A DNA stretch of 64,000 bases from Dimorphilus gyrociliatus. Taxonomy: Eukaryota; Animalia; Annelida. The first letter of the stretch is position 1. Every line of letters begins with the position of its first letter. Both the position numbers and the translations under genes were made by a program. The DNA lies in the NCBI GenBank assembly GCA_904063045.1, contig CAJFCJ010000015.1:372001-436000 (forward strand), written 5' to 3'. The notes under the pieces are model-generated. The model was not told where the DNA came from, did not search any database, and saw nothing but the letters and a program-made list of their open reading frames with translations. Positions 50,383-63,628 of this stretch are shown piece by piece.

Positions 50383-53058
50383 TCACACTTTAGCCTCAGC
50401 AGATTGTATCCCATTATTTAACCTTACAACTGTAGAACCTTGACTGTTGTACTTAACGACGGTGTTATGGGGTAAGGGAGTTAGAGTAGCTGGTTCCCGG
50501 AAAGCGCCGACTTGACCAAACTGTTCTGCATAAGATTCTGATCGTAGTCTGATATTAATACCACGACAGCGGAAAAGTAATATTTCCTTGAATGGAGTAC
50601 GAAATTCCCTGTTGAATCTAGCGTAGATGATTGGATTGAGGAAGGAGTTGGCGAATCCCAACCAGTTAAAGATGGACGTTAGCCAATTGGGAATGCAGGA
50701 AGCGCACATGGGACGGATAAGAGCTAGGCAGAAGAAGGGCAACCAACATGCAGTAAAGGCTCCCATAATTACACCTAACGTCTTTGTTGCTTTACGTTCT
50801 TTCGAGCTCGATATTCGGTTCAAACGAGACTTTTTAAGAAAACCCGACCACGCCGAACGTCTAGGCTTGGACGAAAGCATTTCGACAGCAGAATTCCCCC
50901 TTGACCTTACGCAGTTCAATTCCTATTAGGAAATCAGCAATCAGAGTAACTTGATTTATAGAATTATCAATTGTCAACAATATAACATTGAGGATAAATA
51001 GATTACAACATATCAATAGCCCATTCATTTTTTTGTTTGTAAGTAGTAATCATGAATCCTAATTACTACAGGAGGCCTACGAATGCCTCTCTAATTAACT
51101 AACGTTTACCAGCTAACATTTTACATTTACCTTTCCCCCTTCCTGTTTTCCTCTCTAGCTCGCAATCCCTCACTCTCTCTCCTCTATCTATATACTATAT
51201 ATATGTTGTTTATTTCATTCCCCTATCCACTTATCTCTCCTACCTATAGCAGTTTTGCTATTTCTAGAGAATTATATGAAATATTTGAAAAATCTGTATT
51301 CGAATAAAGAGAACTCTTGCGTAAATTTTAAACCCTTTCGACACTAATCAGGAATTATATAAATGTACAGGAATTTCCTGCTCTTTTTCTTTTTCTCTTC
51401 TACCCTACTACTATAAAGTCTACGTGACTAGTAAATTGAAGTTTTAGGCCTATAGTCACTCGTTTAAAAAGCCTCACTTCAGTTATTGAACAGACGGCTA
51501 ATTTTTTGTTATTGGCAATAGAGGCACAGTTTCATTATTACTTTTTTTTCATTTGCTCTTTTTTTAGACACACTATGGAAAAATATACCAACATAAATCT
51601 TTAAATAAACGAAATATGAATATTCATAAGGATTTAAAAAAGATAGTGGAGAGAGTAAATATACAGGTTAAACTGAAATCGTGCAGCACTTGGAGTTTTA
51701 ATAAAAAGTAGGTACTATTAAAAGTTTTATTAATTACGTGAAAAGTTAATGCCTCTATTGAAATAAGCATTACTTTCCTTGTAACTATTTAATATCTGTA
51801 AAAGTTTTACTATATATCTAGAAGTGTACTTCAGTATATTATGCATACTGGGGATGTAGCTTGTTTAATTGAAGTATACAGATAAAATATGGGGGTGGTC
51901 TGGGACTAATTCCTAAACGCTTTTGTACTTTACTGTAAGATGTTAGGGGGGAATAGATCAGAATAATGATTTTCAGGCTTGCCTGCTTACTAAGAAAAGA
52001 GAAAATATCTTTCAAGAGTAAAGAATTACTATCTTCCTCCCTCTCCTTCTTTCCATATAATAGATAAGCTTATTTCTCTTATAACTTTCTTCTTCAGCTT
52101 ATACCCTACGGCTTACACTGAGGAAAGATGACGGCTGGTAAAGAACTTACGTGTAGTTTATGTGCATATGTCTATAACTGTATGTGAGGGTGTGTAGGGG
52201 TGAATAGGTTATAAATAGAGAGTGATGGTGGAGGAGAGGGAAAAGGACGAGGGGGTATAGGGGGAGGAGTCGATGAATAGGCCATATCTATGTTAATATT
52301 TTTTTTATATTTACCTGTTGTGTCTCGAAAGATCTCCGAGCAGCAACGGAATTCGATGAATGTGAAGGAGCCAAACTAGCTCCCCTGGGTTTAGATCGGT
52401 TTTCTTGTTCGGCGATCCTGGAACTAACTATATATATCCTCGCGTAAATGAATATCATAACGCCAAGTGGCATATAAAATGCTCCAATCGTTGCATAGAA
52501 TTGATAGCCAATCTCCTGCGATACTACGCATTGACCATCTTCTGTACTATCAGATTTCTTCCACCCAAAAATCGGTGGTATAGATATTGTAGCTGAAGCG
52601 ACCCAGACGACGAATATCATTAGCGCCATCCGCTTCGGCGTCCGCTTCATCGCGTAATCGAATGGTCTCGTAATTACGAGGTATCGATCGATACTTATGC
52701 AGCACAAGTTTAGAATGCTGGCCGTGCAGAGTAGGACGTCCAAGGATGTCCACGTATCGCAAAACGTTCTACCTAATACCCATCTACCTTTTATTTCTTG
52801 CACAACCGCGTATGGCATAACTAGGACGGCGACGAGTAGATCTGATACAGCTAGAGAGACGATCAGCAGGTTAGAAGGTGTCCTCAATTTTCGGACTATT
52901 GCAACAGCTAGACAGACAAGGGCGTTTCCTATTATTGTCCCGACTATCATTATAACGAGAAAAATCAGGATAACAACTGTCTGCCAGAGAGTATAAGGCG
53001 AACCAGCGCCCGATGTCGAGTTTGTGTCGTTAAGTAAAGCGTAAGAGGCGTTGAGCAT
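50383..53058 (-). CDS. HTR7: Serotonin receptor, 5-HT7 type (class A GPCR), 2 coding exons, about 427 aa
   Basis: Exons on the minus strand: 53058-52315 and 50922-50383, with a phase-0 intron in the third intracellular loop. TM1 GNALV; TM2 LAVSDLLVA; TM3 amine-binding Asp in WTSLDVLLCTASILNLC followed by DRY; TM5 YQFYATIGAFYMP; TM6 KATKTLGVIMGAFTACWLPFF; TM7 WLGFANSFLNPIIYARFNREFRTPF, a tail typical of invertebrate 5-HT7. An upstream coding exon cannot be excluded, because the acceptor at 53077 is in frame. Confidence 0.88.
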
Positions 53059-56000
53059 CGTCGTCGTCTTCCATTCCTATTTGAAAATAGTAAAAGAGAT
53101 GAAAAGAACAGAAATTAGTCGCTAAATCTTTTCATCTAGTAGAATCTATAATATCATAGAATCCCGGATATATGAAAACGGTAGTATCTTGAATTCTATT
53201 TACAATGTACACACAGAACGAACAAGAAATCTATACAGATCTATTATAATATAGAATCCTCTTTATATGTCGAATAGGATCTTGGTTGAACTCTTTTTCA
53301 TGAATATATCGTCCCAATGATTATTTTATATTAAAGGAAAAAAGTGAGGCGTTAAATAAGACGCCTAAATATCATCTTATAATATCATGAGAACATAGTA
53401 ACGGGTAACCTCAAAAAGGGGATTCGAAGGCAAAAAATTCTTTGAACTTACATCTATCGTATCATAAGATTATTTTATGATGTTTACAACACCGTCCATA
53501 CACCACCTTCTCCCTTTATTATATTCTTAAATCAAATAAAGGCATTCTTTTATAATTAAAGGCCAAAAAGGTCAAGCAAAAAAATTATCAATAGATAGAG
53601 TAACAAATTTTTTTTATAAACCGCTGAACATACCTACATCATGTATAGATGCAAATACGACTGAAAATTCTTTAGCTTTAATTAATTAAGAAAATTTGAA
53701 TTTAACGTTTGTGCAAACAATTCAATATTTTCTATTCATATATTTGCTTTTGTTTTCTTTGACCTTTTTAGAGGACAAATAATATTTTGTGCTTTAATAT
53801 ATTAGTAGCTAAATGTTGAAAAGATACAATTTAAGAGAAAACAGCACGATTATCAACTGCAATATAATAGAGTAGATATACGTGTTATATGATTTTTATT
53901 CTATCTTCTCTCTTCTCTCTCTCTCTCTGTCTTTTCTTTCCTTCTCACACTCAGTTCTTTCCTCTATTTTCTTTACATATCTGGTAACCTATTCTTATAC
54001 CTTTACATCCCTTTTGGATGATTTTTGTTATTTAATATTATTATAAATTAGTTGATATACTTCTTAACGAAGAATAGAAGAGAGTGGGGGAAAGGAGAAG
54101 GATAGTTAGGGTGACTTTTTTCTTGAGCGTTTTTTTATTATCAAATTTTGATTAACTAGAAAATTTTTCCCCTTTATAGCATCACTTAGCAAAAAAATTT
54201 TATAAAGAAGGCACAAAATTCGACCTATGGGAGGAGAGGGAGGCGGAAAAAAATGTTTTAATCGGATGATCCGAATTTTGGACAGACTAATACAGTTCAT
54301 TCCATCTTATCTCATCTTTCTCTTGCTTCGGTTTTTTAACCAAAAGCTATTTGGTAACAAATTTTTTTCCTTATCTGGAAAGAGGATATTTCACATTCTA
54401 TTATTTTTGTCATTTGTAGGAGGAAAAAAAAGTGGGTGGAGAAAGTGGGAGGAAACTCTGAGGAGGCTGGACAGAATGCCAGAGAATGGGCAACAAGAGA
54501 GAAAAGAGGGTATAATGAGTTGTGATTACAATACCATGTTCATGTAGCTCTAAAAGACAAGAAGAGACAGTTACATTTATTACCTTTAAGGTGAGATAGA
54601 AACAAATAAAAAATAAAATATTTGCTGCTTATTTTTTTCAATTCAATAAAGATCTGAAGTACTTATAGTTTTATGGTCGCGTGATTTCTTTTATTTAATG
54701 CAACGCGAAAACAAGAGTTACACGCGTAATGAATAATGAAACAAAGGGGAAAAAGGGAAAAGAGAAGGAGAAAATGAATGCTTTAGCCTTTAAATCACGT
54801 GACTCTTTCATTCCGATTTTTTTCCTCTTGCTCTGTTCGCTCCCTTTCAAATGGCCCTACGAAAAAGTCGTTAGGCAGTCCCCATACGTATATATTACGC
54901 AGATATATAATAAAGTAGAAAGGAAAAAAATGGTTAGGGTCTGGAAAGGTTACACAAAATAAGAGAATGGATAGATGGATACTGTACTGAGTGAAAAGAG
55001 AAAAAATATATAGGATATTTTAATAGGCCTATTCTGATAGTCTGTAATTTCTATACACTATTCTATTTATTTATATCGTTAAGAAAGTGTGTAGCACTTA
55101 GTGATTTAGTATTGGCAAGGAGAAATTTTTAACGTTTTTTGTAATTAAAACTAAACCTTCATTAAAGTCTATTTAAAAGTTTGCAGCTGATCCAATTTCG
55201 CGTATACTGCAATATATTTACAGTTGAAATAAACGTAAAAAATGAGGCATCACACATCTCTTCATTAATAATTGATTGGTCTTCCTTCCTGTATCGCATT
55301 ATAATGAAAGGCATCAGTGAACTATTGCATATCTTTAAATAAGCATACCATCTTGATAAGAAAGAGTGAAAGAGCGAGAAAGAGAGAAAAAAATAGAAGA
55401 AAGAAAGTCATCTCAAGCTGAAGGTTTCCGTCTATTTATTGTGTGCAATATTCTTATCAACGAACCTACTTGACTCTTATTACATAAGAAATATCTTGTG
55501 AAATAATGTCCAATATACTATATATAGAGCATACGCTACTCACTCATCCAAATAAAATGTGTATACTGTATATTGCATAATATTCTTTCTACGTATACTT
55601 ATATATTTATATATTTATATATATTTATATAATAGGTAAAGAGCTAAAAATAGTCATCAACTGACTTCAATTAAGTTAACGTTGGTGTATCCTGTTTCTA
55701 GGAGCATTTAAAATAACTGCTATAAGCTTTATCTATCTTTTTTATTTTAAATCCTATAGAAATAGGATAGTTAGTGTTAAATCTGTTCGAAAGCAAAAGT
55801 CCAGTAGTAGTAGGTGTTTCGACAAGATTAAATATTGATAGGAACCTATATCCGGTATAGAGGAAATAATATAACAGCGGGCTCGATTTCTTATTGAATT
55901 ACACACAAATACAAAATTCTTAACGGTCAAAGCTGATTGAATAGGTTATTCGACAAATTTCTATATACGTATATGGTGAATATATATAAAAGATGCGTTC

Positions 56001-58922
56001 GATTCGGTTTATCGACCGTAATTATCCGGAATGAGTTTGCTCGCGGTATTGACAAAACATTAGAGCGTTTGTCGCCGAATTGTTTGTCTATAGTACGTAA
56101 TAGTGAAAACACTCTTTAGCATTGTATAATTATAGTGTTTGATCTTTCGAAACACGCTAACTTTTCTTTTACACATTTAGTCTTCTTTTAACAAATCAAA
56201 ACGTTCTTGGTTTTATCTTCAACTGACATTTTTCTTCCTATCTGTCTGCCTGTCTCTTCCTCACTCACTTAGTCATTCTCTTTCTATTTCTCACTCACTT
56301 ACTTTCGCACGCTCTCTTTTTCTTTTAGCCTGCTTTACTTATTTTTAAAAATAAAATTGCTTAAGGCGTTACAAGCGTTCTCGTTGAATTTCAAGCGGAA
56401 TTAATGTTAAGCTACAGATGCCTTTGGCTCATTCTTTTTTTTTTGTGTATTAGTTGTATGTTGGACATATATAACAAGTTAGAGCATACGCAGGGTTCTT
56501 TTCCTTATGTATAAAAACAAGATAACTTAAAGTGATGAGATTACTATAGAACTTCTTGTGGAAGAGATGAAAACGGCAATCAGATTAAATGCCCCTCATA
56601 TCGCATTGTCAATATTTTATGTTTTATTTATACGTTGTATAATGGAGCGTTTGTCATTGAAACACTATTTACAAACTGAAGTAAATGACAATGTAAATAT
56701 AAATGATTAAATTTTACCTAACAAAAAAGAAAACATTAGGGTTTTGTTCCCTCAATCATTTCAATGGAGATAAACTAATTTTAACTGCTCAAAAGTATTA
56801 AACGGATAATTATACATAATTATCTTTAGCTGATTAAGTTGATGTTTATCCTTTCTAATTCATAGATAGTAGGGACCATTTTGTAAGAATGAAATACATA
56901 GAATCTACAGATAGACAGGCGTGAAGAAGAGAAAAAGATGAAAACGAAAGAAAACCTACATTGAAAAGTCAACTATACGTTTTCCCAGTTTATCGTTCGC
57001 ATGAGCACCTTTTTTCTATTTTTTCGGTATTATCAAGGGGGCAAAAAAGTACTAGTAACACTTATATAACCCATTGAGATATCGTCATTGCAATCAACCA
57101 AACGTCAGTAAAAATTTTGGAAGCCTGAATCCCAGTTCTATTCTACTATATCCCTTATCACTTAATTCTTTTAACAAAATACTAATGCACTTTCCTTATT
57201 TAAAATAGTTAACGTATCTCTCTGTTTTAGTTCTTCGATTATCTCGTTAGTACAACTTTGTTTCCTATTTCGCTAATATTCAAAGTAAGTGAATTAAAAT
57301 AGATTATGTTCAAATTATTTAATCTTGTTTAAGAGAAGTGGTAATCAATTGACACGCCCTTTCATGCTATAACAAATGAGTATTGGGAAAATTTAACGAG
57401 ATACAGAAAGAGAAAAATATGAAAATATAAATTCAGACTAAGAGATGTAGAGAATGGGAGAGGTGATACGTGGGGGAGGTGATGAGAGAAGGGAATGGGC
57501 AAGGGAGAAAGTGGAAAAAGGATGAGAGAAGATAAATGAGAAGGTGTATTAAAAATTAAAAATAGGCTTTAGCTAATTACTGTTAACGCTTATAGTTTTA
57601 ATTCACCATTCCATTTTTCATACAATAGAATGACAATAAATGCACCTATTTCATGCTGGATTCTCCTCTAACCTTATGTTTATTAATCTCTCTATCCCCG
57701 TTGCTAATTAGCTTTTATAATGAATCTATCTATTTATTTTCTATGAAATATTTTTTCAGTCGACCAATTGTTGAAAATTTGGAAAGGAATTAAATGGATA
57801 TTAGAAAGGAAAAGTGGATCACTAAAAGGATTAGACGTCTGTAACATGTGGTCAATGGCGATATAGTAGTCTGGTTATGCTGCAATTGATGCACTATACA
57901 AACGAGTCGTTCCTCACCTTCTCGTGTGACTGACTACAATTCGTTCAGTGGGCTAGTAACACTCTACCCCCTAAAAGTACTCTTCTATTCCTTATATCTC
58001 GTTAATTCGTAATTTTTTACCCCCTACCCTCTTTCCTCTCTTTCCCTCGCCATTTCCCAATCGATACTGCAACGGCTTGTAAAAGAAAAATAAATAAATA
58101 AATAAAAAGAATAAAAAAAAAACAAGGAATGAAAAGTACATTTTTGATATCAATCATTGTTTAACATATTTTTTACGTAATTTTATTATCCCTTAGTTAT
58201 TTAATATATTTCAAATATTTCAAATGATTACCCTAAGTATCTAATTGACTGGCAATTTTTATTTATGCAGTTGGCCATCATGAAATAAAAAAAAACGAAA
58301 CAGGCTACCGCACAGTTGCGAATATCGATCGCGTACTGCACCATCAATCATACGGTCTACATACTCGGAATATCTGCCAAACTATAGTCCGACGATTCGG
58401 TTTGTCAAGACAAACTGCTTAATCGACTTTGCCACAAGATCACGTGACTTTATACATTCAACTATAGATATCACACCCACCTCTTCTTTATCAGTCCGTC
58501 TTTCCCCTCCCTCTCTGTTTTTTTATTACAACTTAATAAAACTCGAGTCATTTTGTGATAAGATGATTTGTAAACTTATCTATTTCATTTATTCTTTTTT
58601 CCTCATTTTCTTTCAATCGTTACGTTTTTCTTCCTTCCTTTTTTTTATCAATATCCCTCTGCCGCTTTTGCCAATGAAACGTAATTAATTAGTAATTTCC
58701 GAAAGTGGCCTACTGCAACGAGAGAAAGACAACTAGAACGAGGCTTGTGATTTCTTATATTTTATTTTTTGCAGTTGTCTTGGTTATGATTCTTAAGTGA
58801 ACAAATAAGCTGTTTTGAATTTTATATAGATTAATTTACCTCTCTAGTTAAATGATGTATAGAATATATGTAGTATAGAAAAGCATATTATATTACATGT
58901 ATACAGTATATTTTATATATAC

Positions 58923-58955
<33 letters not shown>

Positions 58956-61900
58956 GTTGTACCTTCCTGATACATATATTAATTTATTAATTTCATTCTG
59001 TCTATGGACATAGTGTCTTCATGTACACTGTGCCACAAGCGGGATATGTACAATAGATTAAGAGTGTACAGAATATTAAATATATATTTGGCACCATGTC
59101 TTCTGTACTATATATTAGAACGGCTAGAATGTTAAGTATTCACTATAAAGTACTATAAACTTGTATGGAATTCATATTTTATATATTGATATGCAGCATA
59201 CATATAAATAGTCGAATCTATATTTCTATTGTTTTCACTAATTTAAGCTTCAAAACCATAAATAATCAATAAATATGTGAATATTATACCATTTATTACA
59301 TGGTGCAGTCTTTTATGTTACATACGGATTTTATGTGGACGATCAGCTATATCCGATTACGTTTCGCTGTCGCTCTTTTTGTCCGACGTTTAATAGAATT
59401 CAACTAAAAGATTGGTCCTTTCCTGACTTTCGCGCCCTCTGCTTATAGACTTTCTCTTTTTCTTTACTTTCTGTGCTCATCTACATAGTTTTTCTGCGTC
59501 TTTCTCTCTTTATTTTATTTCTTTTTTTTTTGCCCTTCAACATTTCTCTCTCCTACTCTTCTTATTTAACCTATTTTCCCTTCACTCTTACCATAATCCA
59601 TCCTAACGCATGCGCAGAAGACCGAGCTACAATATATCCTAGTAAAGTAAACTATTAATTCTAATGATTGTAAAATAGTGTTTAGAGATTTTTATATTTT
59701 TAACCATCTAGAATAAGAATTAAAAAGTAGTACAATTTCATGCTTCATTTAAAATTCCACTACGCAAACAGCGGGCGAAAATCGACTTTGCTATGTGCTA
59801 AGCGACATTAATATATTTTAAACGCCTGTCTGTCTATTCCTGACCGCCTCTTAAAGATCGGCAGAACATAGAGATATTGGTCTGTGCTGATACCAGTTTA
59901 GCTTGAGGTAAAGAGACGCTAATTTTGTGCTTAGATGTTTTATACATCCTATTCTTATATTATATTTTCTGTCTTTTTTCTCCCTTCCTCTTTATTTTAC
60001 AAAACTATGAAAAAAGAGAAGGATATAATATAAAATATCTTCTAAAAAAACAAGATAAGTAAAAGAACAAAAGCAAATTGAAAAAAATATATGAAAAACA
60101 CAGACTGACAAAGTGAGAGAAATGACACAATGCAAATGTTTGCTGTATTCGACGGCCTATAGCCGTAATTTTTTTTTCAGTCTTCGCTCATCGCCTCGGA
60201 TTTGTGTCATAAACTAGTTAATAAAATGAGTTTAATTGCTTATGACGTTTAATATATACGTGATATATATATTTATATTTGAAGTTTTATACTTAAATAC
60301 GTATTGCAAAAACTTGAAAAATTCACTTTGACGTGTTAACTAGCCAATGTCCTCTTATTTTATTTACATTGATAACGAATTACCTTTTAAAACAACGCAG
60401 AAATAATAAACCCACAGAAATGGTCAAGCTAATCTGCTTCTGACAATTAATACGTTATTTTAGATTCTTGATTGCTTTTCTTCTCTCCTTACCTTTTTTC
60501 TACTGCTTTTCAATATTTAGTTGTTACCTTCTTTCATAATCTAACTCTTTTCCTTTTCCTTTACTAACCCTACCCTAAAAATCTTTATAATACCTATAAA
60601 ATATGTTTGATGCTAATTTCTACTATTTGTGGAAAGAAAAGGAAACTATGTAGTAGAAAAAGAAAACATACCTATGAAAAAAAAATACAAGAATGTTATG
60701 GAAAACTATTAAAAAGAAATATTAAGATTTTCTATAAATTCTATAACTATATAAATTGCCTTTACCGATTTTCATACGTACTCTTTTCTTTTCTCCTCCA
60801 CAGAAAAAAGTCTAGTAATCACATTCCGAAATCCGACAGTTGTTTAATGAAAAAAAATACTGCGCAAATTGTATTAAAACAGCGAGGAACGGGTTGGAAA
60901 TCGATTGAACTCGCGTTCAATATTGAACGACAGTTCCTTTGATGAATGCAAAAAATTGATTTCGGACGAGGTTTCCTCTTCCTCTTTTTCCTCTCCTAAC
61001 CTATCCTATCCCATGAGCAAATTCATAGACGATTTATATATTAGCATAGGAAAATGCAGGTATATTTTGATAATTATTATGAAAAACATATATATATATA
61101 TATATATATGAAAATACGTGCTTACAAACTGCGTATAGTATGTATTTATTTATACATATTGTCCAAACTGCACATAGTATTTTTTTCTATATATATATAT
61201 ATTTGTGGACAATTTATATATGTGTATATATATTCTGTATATAAATATATAAATATTCTATGAATTTATATATAAATTGTCCGCAAAACAGTGAATATAT
61301 ATATATAAGTAGGTTTTATATATTTTACATTTTTACACTCATTATATTCCTTTACTGAATGTTCTATTTATATATTACTGTAAACCTGGCCTCATCGCTT
61401 TTAGCTCAACATTTTACTGACTTTCTCTTATTCGAGTTAATTAACAAAGTTAGTGAGCCGTTTGTTATTAGATGTGTTCCTTTCGAATAATAAAAGGTAC
61501 CCACAGCAAACTAGTAAAAAAAGACGACTATTTGTTAGCCGAGAGCCGAAAAGCTCGAATGTCAAGGTCATTGCCAATTGGGAAGTAAAATATTTTCCAT
61601 TTCTTTTTCTTCCCCCCTTCTATCGAAATTACATTTTATTCTCAGTTGACATCCCCTTTCACAACATAGGGGTAAGAAGTGAAAAGGAGGGTAAAGGTGA
61701 CCGAACTATAGGAAAAAGACCCAACCTTTATGTTTCCGGTATTAGCGGAAGAGGGATTACAAGATAGTGACAATGTAAAAACTAAGTAACGGCAACAAAC
61801 AAATAGATTAAATATGAAGTATAGGAGAAAAAGGGAAGAGAGAGAGAGAGAGAGGGAGAAAGAAGGGCAAAAGGGAATGAATGATAGAAAGACAAGGAGA

Positions 61901-63628
61901 GTAAAAGAAAAGAAGAAGAGAAGCAGTATCAGAAAAAGAGAAAATGAGACAGACAGAGAGAGAGAGAGAGAGTAGCAAAGAAATAAATAAGAGTAAATTT
62001 TTTACATAGGAAACAGTTGTTTTAATCGCTTTTTTTAAATAAATTAAGCGAATTCTTTTAAAGAAAAAATATGAATTATTCATAAAATAATATTGTTTTA
62101 ACAGTTTTTAAAAAATAAAACTTAAGGATCTGAACGAATAAACGATAACAATCTAGTTATTCAAATACTAATAATAATAAAGATAAAAACTTACAAGGAT
62201 ATTTAAGAGAGCAAGTTGATAAAAATTTAATAAAATATGGCAAAGTTTTTCCGAAAAAAAACAAGAATATTTTTTCCTATACCGTTGAAAAATCCGCCTG
62301 CAACGACTCGCTTTGAGCCTTCGGATTGCGACAATTGCGCCGCCTAGTGTCAAATCGAAACGCTTAATAGAATTAGACGTCGAGTGTAGGAGGGTTGAGT
62401 TTTTTAGACGTCGCAATTCGGCCGTTGGCTACCATGGAAAGGTGTCGCAAAAAGGCAGTTAGGTTACTCTCATTCTTCATTATTTTTTTATTTATTTCAC
62501 TTTTTTTCAAGAGAAAAATATTCTTTGTTTTCTCACATTTTTTCAAAGAGGACATCTAGAAAGTAGGGCAAGGAATTTTATAGATGGGAAAGGGAGGTTT
62601 GGTTGGGTTACAGGTTTATTAGAAGAAAAAGGATAAGGGTGAGAACTCTAAAGCTTAAGGGGGATCATATGCATTGTAAGAGCGAAAAAAATATTTCGAC
62701 AATCTGACGAGGAATAAGGAAAATAGATTTTGAGCAGAGGAGAGACCCAGTAACCTATGCCTATAGAACTCTAAGGTCAGGACGCCATCCCTTAAACAAT
62801 ATTCTTCGATTTTGTTCTTTTGCCTTTATTTTATGTATATATATTTATATATATTTATATATATACATAAAGGATTACTTCTTAGAATTAATTTCTTTCT
62901 TTGTACACTTAGCGTAAACTTTTCAAGTTTAAAGGACTAATGGGAATGAGAAGAGATGAAGGAGAAGGATAGATAGTTAGATAGATAGATAAATAGATAG
63001 ATAGAGAGAAAGAGAGACAGTTTCCTACTTTCCGCCTCTCGTTGATATAGTCGGAGAGCATTCTTTCTATTTCCTTCTTTTGGTTGATTTTAACGGGTTT
63101 TTTTCCCGTTGTACTTTTTTTTCAGCCTAACCTTGGTGAAAAGCAGCAAAGGCTGATCCTGCCGTAGGGTGTTTTTCAAAGTCCAGAAAATATACATATA
63201 TACGTATTACAAATAACCCAATAGCCCCTTACAATTGTTATCTGTTCTTTTCAATCTTTGAAAGATGAGCTCAGAAGGTTGAGGCGGTTAATTAGGTTCT
63301 TCTTTCTTGTAGATTTTACTTCTCCATTGATGATTATGAATATTGAAGGAGGATCAGAAATTTATCTGTTCTATACGCAAGGATGTTAGGGTCCTTGTGA
63401 TTATTATATGCTATACTATTTCGCTTATTTATGTACATATATGACAAATCTTTTATGGGCGTTTTGAGTAGGAGATCGCATCCACCGTTGACACCACGCG
63501 AATGCTTTCTGAGGTTTAGGATCCAGGATCATCATTGTAGCCGTAATGAGTCAATTCGCTGGCAACCATTAATTATGCGTAATTGGTTTGAATTAGACGT
63601 CGAATATGAGGTGCTGTTACTTCCCTTC

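Noticed and set aside
52140-52180. Minus-strand GTAAGT donor inside the 5-HT7 intron suggesting a microexon
   Set aside because: No good acceptor giving a frame-preserving exon; the existing two exons already join in phase 0.
50627-52996. Plus-strand ORFs 50627..50929, 52405..52596, 52550..52762 and 52697..52996
   Set aside because: Antisense shadows of the 5-HT7 exons, with no recognisable protein features or splice structure.
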